A DNA stretch of 39,306 nucleotides from Anaeramoeba ignava BMAN (taxonomy: Eukaryota; Protista; Anaeramoebae). Below are positions 12,531-23,669 of this stretch, one piece after another (position 1 is the first letter of the stretch; every line of letters begins with the position of its first letter). The translations under genes and the position numbers were made by a program. The stretch covers positions 1 through 39,306 of the forward strand of contig JAPDFW010000052.1 of assembly GCA_028826165.1 (NCBI GenBank). Direction: 5' to 3'. The notes below the pieces were generated by a model. That model was not told the DNA's origin. It saw nothing but the letters and a program-made list of their open reading frames with translations, and did no database searches.

Positions 12531-14524
12531 ATGTCTTCTTTAAAAAAGGAAAAATAAATTAAGACAAAAATCATTTAAAAACACAAAATCAAAAAAATAA
12601 ATAAACAATAAAAAAAAAATAAAAACAAAATAAAAAGGAAAAATAAATTAAGACAAAAAATCATTTAAAAACACAAAATTTGAAAAATAAAATCAAAACA
12701 AATAAAAATCAAAATCAAATTGAAAATCAAAATCAAAATCAAAAATCAAATAAAAATCAAAATCAAAATAAAAATAAAAATCAAAAATCAAAATCAAAAT
12801 CAAAATCAAAATCAAAATGAAAATCAAAATCAAATTGAAAATCAAAATCAAAATCAAAAATAAAAATCAAAATAAAAATCAAAATAAAAATCAAAAATAA
12901 AAATAAAAATCAAAAATCAAAAATCAAAAAATCAAAATCAAAATCAAAATCAAAATCAAAATCAAAAATCAAAATAAAAATCAAAATCAAAATCAAAAAT
13001 AAAAATAAAAATAAAAATCAAAATCAAAAATCAAAATCAAAATCAAAATCAAAATCAAAATCAAAATCAAAATCAAAATCAAAATCAAAATCAAAATCAA
13101 AATCAAAATCAAAATCAAAATCAAAATCAAAAATCAAAATCAAAATCAAAATAAAAATCAAAATCAAAATAAAAATCAAAATCAAAATAAAAATCAAAAT
13201 CAAAATCAAAATCAAAATCAAAATCAAAATCAAAATCAAAATCAAAATCAAAATCAAAATCAAAATCAAAATCAAAATCAAAATCAAAATCAAAATCAAA
13301 ATCAAAATCAAAATCAAAATCAAAATCAAATTCAAAATCAAAATCAAAATTCAATTTCAAAATCAAAATCAAATTCAAAATAAAAATCAAAGCAAGAAAA
13401 AAATTTCTTATTCAAAACAAGAATTACTTCAACTTTTTATTCCAAATCAAAAAAAACCAAATACTTTTATTGATATTGATGGTGTTACAAGCATTCAACC
13501 CTTTGAACCAGTTTCATTCAATAAATTTAAATTATTAGATAATGAAATTATTAATAGTTCAATTCCAATTTTAACTAGAAATGAAAAATATTTAGAATCT
13601 TCATTTTTCATGAATTCTTCACCTCTTATTTCATCAACTGATTTTCAAAAAAAACAAGCTCAATATCTCCAAAATTTTAATTTTACAAAAAATTCAATTG
13701 ATAATACTCAAAATATTATCAGTAGTCTTTCTTTAAAACAAAAATCTCCAGATAAATTATTTTCAAAAGAAAAAAATCAAATTCAAAATCAAATTCAAAA
13801 TCCAAATTCATTTCAAATTCAAAATCAAAATCAAAAAATTCCTTTTTTTCCTTCAATTCAATTAAAAGAAAATAAATGGTTTTATATCGATTTATCAAAT
13901 TCAATTCAAGGTCCTTTTTCGCAATCATCAATGAGAGAATTTTTGGAAAATGGGTTAATATTTCAAAAAACATTAATTAAGAGAATTAATGAAGAATATT
14001 TCCGTTCAATTGATTCTATTTTTCCAAATTTATCAAATGCTTTTTTAAATAGTTCAAATTTAACTGAAAATAATAATAATAATATTAACAAAGAAAAAAA
14101 TAATCAATCTCAATTATTTCCAACAAATTATTCTCAAATTTTAACTCAAAATCCACAAAATAATCAAAATCAATTTTTTCCAAATTTTTCTAATTTTGGA
14201 AGAAAAAATATTATTGAAAAAAATCAAAATCAACAAAATGAAAGCATTAATGATTTGATGAACAAAATAGGTTTTGGAAATCCATTAAAATCTTTAAGGA
14301 ATCAAAATTCCAATCCAAATTCATTTCCTTATTCATTTCCAAATAATTTAGATTCTTCTTTTTATAAAGAAAAATCAAATTTTTCAAATCATTACATTTC
14401 AAATATTCAATCCCAAAATTTCTTTCTATCTCCTCAAAAAAAACCAAAACGCGATGATAATAATAATAATAATAACAATAATTATTATCATTTTAATTTG
14501 GAAAAAGAAAAAAGCAAATTATAA
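12531..14524 (+). CDS. GIGYF/Smy2-like GYF-domain protein with a long N-terminal NQ tract and an eIF4E/4EHP-binding-type motif
   Basis: GYF domain KWFYIDLSNSIQGPFSQSSMREFLENGLIFQKTLIKR (~13874-13985). In-frame upstream YSKQELLQLF at 13409 fits YxxxxLphi. The start at 12531 is tentative because the NQ array contains indels. Confidence 0.7.
12690..13390 (+). repeat. (AAAATC)n microsatellite, encoding poly-NQ in the GYF gene frame
   Basis: Visible hexamer array that runs into QSKKKISYSKQELL. Confidence 0.9.
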
Positions 14525-14779
14525 ATAAAAAAAAACAATTCTCAAAATTTATTTTTTTTCATTTTTTTCATTTCAATTTTTTAATAAAATGGAAAATTAT
14601 TCTAATTTAGAAAAACTTTCAAATGATTTAAAGAATTTATTTCAAAATCCAAAATCCAAAAAATATTCCGAAAACATCAAAAAATTTTATTTTAAATTTT
14701 ATCAAGTTTTTTTTTTTTGAAATTCATTTTTCAAAATCAAAAATAAAAACAAAAAAAAAAAAGTGGATCATTTTATTTC

Positions 14780-16281
14780 TTAATTTTTTCCAAAAGGATT
14801 AGAACTATCTTGAGTTGAAATATCATTAAAAATTGATTTTTGATTATAAAAAGACCAAGAAAAATCATTCAAATTATTTTTTGCTCTTTCATTTGATTGA
14901 CGATTTGGAAAATCCTATAAAAAAAAAAGAGAAATAAATAATTAAATAATTAATTAATTTAATATTAAAAAAAATAATAAGGAATTGAAATTACTCTAAC
15001 ATAAGAATTTTTTTCATTTAATTTTTTAATAGTTTCTTTTAATTCAGCATTTTCTGTCCTTAATTTGTCGACTTCATTTTGTAAATTTTTAATCATATTT
15101 TTGGTTCTTTCTCGACTTTCTTTTGCACTTCTTCTATTTTTCAACATTCTTCTTCTCCTTTTTTGTTCTTGAGTTAGTTCTCTAACATCTTCCTTTGATA
15201 AAACACCCCCAAGATTTATTGTTTCTCCTCTTGAATTTGTAATCCATTCATCAAAATTTTCTTTTTTATCCTCTTTTTTTGATTTTTTATCTTTTTGTGA
15301 TTTTCTTTTCTTTTTTGGTTTTTGTTTTTTTTTCTTTGTTTTTGTCGAAATATTTTCATTTTGATTTTCATTTTGATTTTCATTTTGATTTTCATTTTGA
15401 TTTTCATTTTGATTTTCATTTTGATTTTCTTCGTTTTCTTTTTCTAAATTTTGAATTTGCTGCAAATGAAGCTCGTTTTGAATGTTTTTTTGGATTTCCT
15501 TTTGGATTTCCTTTTGGATTTCATCTTGATCTTCGTTTTGATCTTGTGGAAATTGTTGAGTAAATTGTTCTGAATATTGAGCTGAATAATTATCAGATTG
15601 TAAATTAAAATTTTGGGGTTTTTTTTGTAAATGTGAATATTGATTTTGTTTTGGTTTGTCTTGGTCATATAATTGGGGTTGAAATTGGAAATTTTGAGCT
15701 TGGAAATTTGGGAAAATTTTCTGTTGAAATTTTTCATAATTTTTAGATTGGTAATTTTCATTTAAAATTTTTGATTGAAAATCTTGTAATTTTTCAGTTG
15801 AATTTTTGGATTGAAAATCTAATTCTAAAGGTGAATTTTTTGGAATAAATGATTCTGTTTGTAAATTTTTGTTATTTGGAGTCATTTGAGTTGAGTTTTC
15901 AATATCATCAAAAATTGTTTGATTTTCAACAATTTGATTTTCAGAATTTTCAATTTCTTCAAAATCTTCTTGAAAAAATTTGGATCTTTCATTTTCATTT
16001 TGAATTTCATTTTGAATTTCATTTTCAATTTCATTTTCAATTTCATTTTCAATTTCATTTTCAATTTCATTTTGAATTTCATTTTCTTTTAAATTTTCAA
16101 TTTCATTTTCTTTTAAATTTTCAATTAAATTTTGTTTGAAATTTTCTATTAAATTATTTTCATGTTTTATTAAAAAAGAGTCATTTAATTCTTCTGTTTT
16201 TGAATTTTGGAAATGATTTGATTTAAATTCTTGTTGAGATTTTATTAAATTTTTATTAAGATTATTTTGATTTTTTGACAT
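14780..16281 (-). CDS. bZIP transcription factor with an acidic/NQ-rich N-terminus and one 3' intron (acceptor 14915)
   Basis: Basic region QKRRRRMLKNRRSAKESRERTK and zipper IKNLQNEVDKLRTENAELKETIKKL. The last exon is DFPNRQSNE..NPFGKN* after TATAG. Confidence 0.9.
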
Positions 16282-16349
16282 TATTTAAAAAGAAAGAAAA
16301 AAAAAAAAGAAAAAAATGAAAAAAAAAAATTAAAAAAAAATTAAAAAAA

Positions 16350-16368
16350 CACGTGTAAACTCCACGTA
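16350..16368. promoter_or_regulatory. Paired ACGT-core elements (CACGTG and CCACGT) in the bZIP/NECAP divergent promoter
   Basis: ACACGTGTAAACTCCACGTA is the only CpG-containing island in an otherwise poly-A/poly-T 224-bp intergenic region. Confidence 0.5.
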
Positions 16369-16505
16369 TTAAAATTAAAAAAAGGAGAAAAAAAAACAAT
16401 TTTTAATTTTTCTTCTTTTTAATTTTTTTCTTTTTAATTATTTTTATTTTTTTTTCATTTTTTTTTTCATTTTTTTTCCAATATTTTTTTTATAAGAAAA
16501 TTAAA

Positions 16506-19500
16506 ATGACAGATGATTGGGATGAAGATTCAAATGTTGAACGAACTTTATTGACTATTAGAGAAAGTCATGTTTTTAAAATTCCTCCTTTACAAACTTC
16601 TCAAGGATATAGATGTAGTGAATGGGAAGGAAATCATATGTGGACTGGAAGATTAAAAGTAGTTGCAAAAGGAGAAGGTTATTTATTTTTTTCCTTTACA
16701 TTATTCCCATTTAAAATTCATTTATAAAATTAAAATTTAAATTAAAATCAAAATCAAAATTAAAAATTAAAATTAAAATTAAAATTAAAATTAAAATTAA
16801 AATTAAAATTAATATTAAAATTAATATCAAAATCAAAATTAAAATTAATATTAAAATTAATATTAATATTAATATTAAAATTAAAATATAAATTATAATT
16901 AAAATTAAAATTAAAATTAAAATTAAAATTAAAATTGAAATTAAAATTAAAATTAAAATTAATATTAAAATTAATATTAATATTAAAATTAAAATTAAAA
17001 TTAAAATTAAAATTAAAATTAAAATTAAAATTAAAATTAAAATTAAAATCAAAATTATCATTAAAATTAAAATTAAAATTAAAATTAATATTAAAATTAT
17101 CATTAATATTAAAATTAAAATTAAAATTAAAATTAAAATTAATATTAAAATTATCATCAAAATTAAAATTAAAATTAAAATTAAAATTAAAATCATAATT
17201 AAAATTCCAAATTTAACACCAAAATTACATGTGTTTAGACTGTACAATTCGTTTAGAAGATTCTGAAAGTGGTATTTTATCCACTTTTTTTATAATGAAA
17301 ATTGAATAAAATTTTTATTAATAATTGAACCGAAAAAAAAAAAAGGAAAAATATTTGCGCAATGCCCTGTTGATACATCTAATAATCAATCAGTAATTCC
17401 AGCTGTAGATAGTTCAAGATTTTTTGTTTTAAGAATTGAAGACGGAAAAGGTGAATTTTTGAATAATAAATAAATAAATAAATAATAAATAATAATAATA
17501 ATGAAAAAATATTTTATCAGGGCATCATGCTTTTATTGGAATGGGATTTCAAGAAAGAACAGATGCTTTTGATTTTAATTTAGCTTTACAAGATCATAAA
17601 AAGTAAAATTTCAATCAAATTATTTTTCATTATCAAATTTAAATCAAATCTAAATTAAAATCTAAATTAAATCAAATTTAAATCAAATTTAAATCAAATT
17701 AAAATTAAATCAAAATTAAATCAAAATTAAATCTAAATTAAATCTAAATTAAATCAAAATTAAATCAAAATTAAATCTAAATTAAATCTAAATTAAATCA
17801 AATTAAAATTAAATCAAAATTAAATCTAAATTAAATCCAAATTAAATCAAAATTAAATCTAAATTAAATCTAAATTAAATCTAAATTAAATCTAAATTAA
17901 ATTTAATTAAATTAATCTAAATTAAAATCTAAATTAAATCAAATTAAATTTAAATCAAAATTAAATCAAAATTAAAACAAAATCAAATCAAAATTAAATC
18001 AAAATTAAATTAAATTAAATTAAAATTAAAATTAAATTAAATTAAATTAAATCTAAATTAAATTTAAATTAAATTAAAATCTAAATTTAATCAAATCAAA
18101 TCAAAATTAAACCAAAATTAAATCAAAATTAAATCAAAATTAAATCAAAATTAAATCAAAATCAAATTTAAATTAAATCAAAATCAAATCAAAATTAAAT
18201 TAAAATTAAGTCAAAATTAAATTAAAATTAAATCTAAATTAAAATTAAATTTAAATTAAATTAAAATCTAAATCTAAATCAAATCAAAATTAAACCAAAA
18301 TTAAATCAAATTTAAATCAAATTAAATTAAAATTAAATTAAATTAAAATTAAATCAAAATTAAATCAAAATTAAATTAAATCAAAATTAAATCAAAATTA
18401 AATCAAAATTAAATATTAAAATTTAAATCAATTTAAATCAAATTAAATTAAATTAAATCAAAATTAAATCTAAATTAAATCAATCTAAATTAAAATCTAA
18501 ATTAAATCAAATCTAAATTAAATCAAATTTAAATCAAATCAAAATTAAATCAAAATTAAATCAAATTTAAATTAAATTAATCTAAATTAAATTAAATCTA
18601 AATTAAATCTAAATTAAATCTAAATCAAATTCAAATCAAATTAAATTAAATTAAATTAAATTAAATTAAATTAAAATCAAATTAAATTAAATTAAAATTA
18701 AAATTAAATTAAATTAAATTAAAATTAAATTAAATTAAATCAAAATTAAATTTAAATTAAATCAAAATTAAATCAAAATTAAATTTAAATTAAATCAAAT
18801 TAAAATCAAATCAAAATTTAAATCTAAATCTAAAATTAAATCTAAATTAAATTAAATCTAAATCAAAATTAAATCAAAATTAAATCTAAATTAAATCTAA
18901 ATTAAATCAAAATTAAATCAAAATTAAATCTAAATTAAATCTAAATTAAATCAAATTAAAATTAAATCAAAATTAAATCAAAATTAAATCAAATTAAAAT
19001 TAAATCAAAATTAAATCAAAATTAAATCAAAATTAAATTTAAATTAAATCAAATTAAAATCTAAATTAAATCTAAATTAAATGAAATCAAATCAAAATTA
19101 AATCAAAATTAAATCAAAATCTAAATTAAATCAAATTAAAATCAAAATCAAAATCAAAATTAAATTAAATCAAAATTAAATCTAAATTAAATCTAAATTA
19201 AATCTAAATTAAATCAAATTAAATCAAATTAAATCAAAATCAAAATCAAAATCAAATTTAAATCAAAATCAAAATCAAAATCAAATTTAAATCAAAATCA
19301 AAATCAAAATCTAAATCAAAATTAAATCAAAATTAAATCAAATTTAAATTAAATTAATCTAAATTAAATTAATCTAAATTAAATCTAAATTAAATCTAAA
19401 TCAAAATTAAATTAAATCAAAATTTAAATCAAAATTAAATCAAAATCAAATCTAAATCTAAATTAAATCAAAATTAAATCTAAATTAAATTAAATTAAAT

Positions 19501-19828
19501 CTAAATCTAAATCTAAATCTAAATCAAATCTAAATTAAATTAAATCAAAATTAAATATTAAAAATAAAATTTGAATAGAGAAATTGAACGTAAAAAAAAT
19601 CCTCCAAAATTTGATGGACCAACTGAGGATTTAAGTTTAAAACAAGGAGAAACAATTAGAATAAATTTATCTGTAATCAAAAAATATTTTTTTAATTTTA
19701 ATTTTAATTTTAATTTTAAAACTTTTTGCAATTTATATTAAAAGGGAATGCCAACAACTACTTCGACAAAGAAAGCAAAATCAACTTCTAAAAAAATTAC
19801 TTTAAAACCACCTCCTAAATTTAAGTGA
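16506..19828 (+). CDS. NECAP: NECAP (adaptin ear-binding coat-associated protein, PHear domain), 6 exons
   Basis: [26 protein letters not shown]|DCTIRLED..|[24 protein letters not shown]|[25 protein letters not shown]|..[14 protein letters not shown]|..LKPPPKFK*. Exons 16506-16677, 17239-17271, 17346-17450, 17521-17602, 19579-19672 and 19745-19828 splice in frame. Confidence 0.96.
16678..17238 (+). repeat. NECAP intron 1 (561 nt) filled with (AAAATT)n/(AATATT)n
   Basis: GTTATT..TTTAG boundaries restore the frame, and the body is a hexamer array. Confidence 0.9.
17603..19578 (+). repeat. NECAP intron 4 (1976 nt) filled with mixed AAATT/AAATC/AAATCT/AAAATT units (~11-bp higher period)
   Basis: AA|GTAAAA..AATAG|A restores HKKEIERKK. 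The body is a near G-free satellite. Confidence 0.92.
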
Positions 19829-20306
19829 ATTTCATCAATATTTCTCTTTTTAATTAAATTCAAAAATTCAAAAATCAAAATTCAAAATTCAAAATTCAAA
19901 TTCAAATTCAAATCAAACCTTTTTTTTCTTTCTCAAAAGAAAAATCAAAACCAAAAATTTTTTCTCTTTTCTATTCTTTTTTTTTTTTCTTTTTTTTAAA
20001 AAAAAAATGAAATAAAAAAAAAAGAGAAAAGAAAATTATTTTCTAAAAAGAAAAATAGTCAATTTTTTTGAGTTTTGATTTTTCTTTTTTTTTAAAAAAA
20101 CGAGAAAAAAAAAAGTGGAACAAAATATTTCGTAAAATAATTTTAGAAAATAATTTTGAAAAATTTATTTTTCTTCTTTTTTTTTTTTTTTTTTTGAATT
20201 AACAAGAAATTTTGGAAAATCATTTTTTTTTTCACAAATTTCTTATCAAATTTTTTTTTGTATTTTATAATTTTTCTTTTCTTTTCTTTTTTATTTTTTT
20301 TTTTGA

Positions 20307-22177
20307 ATGACAGATTTATTAAAAGCAATTAAAAGAATTAACACCTAAAATTGAAAAGGCATATGAAGTTGCAATTAAAATCACAGAAGAAACAAATTCA
20401 AATATAATAAGTATTGAAACAATTTTTGATCGAATTTTTAAAGCAATGAATAGATTAACGCTTCTTGAAACTGAATTAGAACATCAAATAAATATTTCAA
20501 CGGAAATAATTAAAGGAATTGAAGAAAGAAGTAATTTAATGAAAGTTTTAGTGGAAAAAAATGAGAAAAATATTAATGATGCTTCTTTTGCACTTGAGGA
20601 TATTTTTAACCAATTGCGTTTGAAAGTTATTGATAAAAGAATGCTTCAAACAAATAAGCAAAAATCCAATATAAATTTGGACAAAAATATGAGTATTCAA
20701 GTCCAAAATCAAAATTTAAATGAAATTCAAAATTTAAATGAAAATAAAAATCAAAATCAGAATTTAAATCAAAATCAAAATCAGAATTTAAATCAAAATC
20801 AAAATCAAAATCAAAATCAGAATTTAAATCAAAATCAAAATCAAAATCAAAATCAAAATCAAAATCAAAATGCAAAAATTATTAATGGAGTTTTTGATAA
20901 GAATTTTTTTGCAGAAAAAGAAAACATGCAAAACAATAATTTTGTGGATCAATTTGAGTTGAAAAAAAGGGATAATTTAAGAGATTTGAAAATGCAATTT
21001 GAAAATCAAAATCAAGAAATCAATCATGACTTGAAGAAGAAAAACCAGAAAGAACTGGAAAAGGAAAACATCAACAGAAGCAAAAATATTGATGAACAAG
21101 ATCTTCATATTTTGTTTGAATATGTTAACGATGAATCAGTTGCTCAAGTTGAAAAAACAGGGAAAATCAAAAATTGAACTACTCAGACAAATCCAAATGA
21201 AAAGTGATATAATTTATAACGAACTCAAGCAGCAATATAACATCATTGAGAAACACCGACAAGATAATCCACTGAATTTTCTGGAGTTGAAAATCAAATT
21301 TCAAAAGTTGGGAAATCAAGAAAATCTGAAACAATTTCAAAAGGATATGGAGGAAATCAAGCAAGCATTTACAATAGTTTCGAGTCATCGCGACTTAATT
21401 TTGCATATTAAAAACACAGTCAGCATATCTTCCTCAAAGGAGGAGCTCAATATATTGCAGGAAGAGGTTCCCAAATTGCAGAAACAAATTGGGGTTATTG
21501 ACAAGCAAACTGAATTAATTCAAACAAAAGCATCCAAAATTGAAAATTTCAAAAAAACGATAATTAATTATGAAGTCGATATGAACTCCGCATATATTCA
21601 GTCCATGAATATATTGTCGTTGATTGACAAGTTTTCTGCTTATTCGCAAGTCAAACTGCGCGTGTTTGCGCAAGTGGAAGAAGAATTTGCAAAGTATTAT
21701 CAAGAGGCTCAAGATATTATCAAAGAATTGATCAATCTCGTGACTTGGTATCGTTTGTTTTTATCTGCTTATGAGCAACTTTTGCGCGAGATTGTTCGTC
21801 GAAATCAAGAATTCAAAAGACAGCTTGAGATTGTGAACAAATGCAAGGAAGAATTTTTATTGATGTATGAAACAGAATTTCGCAAAAGGCAATATTTTTA
21901 TGATTTTTATGGACAGTATTTACCTCAGCAATTGTGTCCTTCAATTTATGATTTTCCGACTATGTTCCATATTGTTCCTGAAGATGTTGAAAATAATCTT
22001 CCATCTATTGAATTATCTTATGATTCTGATAATTTGGAAAATGTGAATGAAATTAATTCTACTCAATTACATCATTTTCAGCAGCAACTTCAGCATATGC
22101 AGTTGCATTCTTTGTTAACACCAACACCTAATTTTTTTATGAATCAAAATAAGTCAAATGATCAAAATTATCAATAA
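20307..22177 (+). CDS. ATG17: Atg17-domain autophagy scaffold (Atg17/Atg11/FIP200 family); probable frameshifts near 20335 and 21160
   Basis: LEDIFNQLRLKVID..; LFEYVNDESV; ELINLVTWYRLFLSAYEQLLREIVRR..ETEFRKRQYFYDFYGQYLPQQLCPSI matches the recalled Atg17 signature (Y..LL.E..RR / R..F....G.YLP..L.P.l). The ATG at 20307 joins the 20446 frame after one A-run slip. Confidence 0.82.
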
Positions 22178-23348
22178 CAATTTTCTAAACAAGATTATAA
22201 ACAATTTTATGAACAATTTTATGAACAATTTTCTAAACAAAATTATAAGCAACTTTCTAAACAAGATTATAAACAATTTTCTAAACAACTTTATAAACAA
22301 GATTACAAACAACTTTATGAACAAGATTATAAACAATTTTCTAAACAATTTCCTAAACAATTTTATGAACAATTTTAAACAATTTTAAACAATTTTATAA
22401 ACAAGATTATAAATAAGATTATAAACAAAATTATTAATTAAATTATTAATTAAATTATAAATAAAATTATAAACAAGATTATAAACAATTATATGAACAA
22501 TTTTATAAACAAAATTATAAACAAAATTATAAACAAGATTATAAACAAGATTATAAACAAGATTATAAACAAGATTATAAACAAGATTATAAACAAGATT
22601 ATAAACAAAATTATAAACAATTTTCTAAACAAAATTATAAACAAGATTATAAACAAGATTATAAACAAGATTATAAACAATTTTATGAACAATTTTCTAA
22701 ACAATTTTATAAACAATTTTATAAACAATTTTATAAACAAGATTATAAACAAGATTATAAATAAGATTATAAACAAGATTATAAACAAGATTATAAATAA
22801 GATTATAAACAAGATTATAAATAAGATTATAAACAAAATTATAAACAAGATTATAAACAAGATTATAAATAAGATTATGAACAATTTTCTAAACAATTTT
22901 ATAAACAATTTTATAAACAATTTTATGAACAAAATTATAAACAATTTTATAAACAATTTTATAAACAATTTTATAAACAAAATTATAAATAAGATTATAA
23001 ATAAGATTATAAACAAAATTATAAACAATTTTATAAACAATTTTATAAACAACTTTATAAACAAAATTATAAACAAGATTATAAACAATTATATGAAAAA
23101 AATTATAAGCAACTTTATAAACAAGATTATAAACAAGATTATAAACAAGATTATAAACAAAATTATTAATTAAATTATAAACAAGATTATAAACAATTTT
23201 ATAAACAATTTTCTAAACAATTTTATAAACAATTTTATAAACAATTTTATAAACAATTTTATAAACAAGATTATAAACAATTTTATAAACAATTTTATAA
23301 AGAAGATTATAAACAAAATTATTAATTAAATTATAAAGAAGATTATTA
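22178..23348 (+). repeat. 12-bp minisatellite (AAACAAGATTAT / AAACAATTTTAT variants), ~1.15 kb, directly after the Atg17 stop
   Basis: Tandem 12-mers are directly visible. Confidence 0.92.
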
Positions 23349-23394
23349 AAAAAAAAAGAAGAATTTTGTTATTTTATTTTATTAAAATTAAAAT

Positions 23395-23407
23395 AAAAAA
23401 AAAAAAA
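23395..23407 (-). terminator. Pol III oligo-T terminator of tRNA-Pro
   Basis: A long T run on the minus strand lies immediately 3' of the tRNA. Confidence 0.7.
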
Positions 23408-23408
23408 G

Positions 23409-23479
23409 GGGGTTATAGGGGAATTGAACCCCTTCCTCGTGCACCCGAGACACGAATCATACCATTAGACCAATAACCC
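23409..23479 (-). tRNA. tRNA-Pro (anticodon CGG)
   Basis: GGGTTATTGGTCTAATGGTATGATTCGTGTCTCGGGTGCACGAGGAAGGGGTTCAATTCCCCTATAACCCC folds with acceptor stem GGGTTAT/ATAACCC, anticodon arm CGTGT-CTCGGGT-GCACG and T arm AGGGG-TTCAATT-CCCCT. A and B boxes are present. Confidence 0.95.
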
Positions 23480-23669
23480 AAAATTTAAATTAAAATTAAA
23501 ATTAAAATTTAAATTAAAATTTTTTTTTCATTTTTTTTTTTAAAAATATGGTTATTTATCTAAATATTTTATTTAAATTTTTATTTTTTTTTTTATTAAA
23601 TTTTTTAAATTAAAATCAAAAAATCAAGTTTAAAATTAAGTTTAAAATTAAATTTAAATTTTGATTTTT

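Noticed and set aside
14780-15200. HAC1/XBP1-type IRE1-spliced unconventional intron in the bZIP mRNA
   Set aside because: No paired CNGCAG stem-loops were seen after the bZIP domain, and the intron there is ordinary GT-AG.
17603-19578. Telomeric or centromeric repeat
   Set aside because: It lies inside a cleanly spliceable NECAP intron and has no G-rich strand.
22172-23348. TAA reassigned to Gln (hexamitid/ciliate-type code), suggested by CAA/TAA alternation and a few in-frame TAAs
   Set aside because: Gln-rich ORFs of 994 and 1144 aa contain no TAA/TAG, and the SMG8-like, bZIP, CH and Mic19-like genes terminate at TAA.
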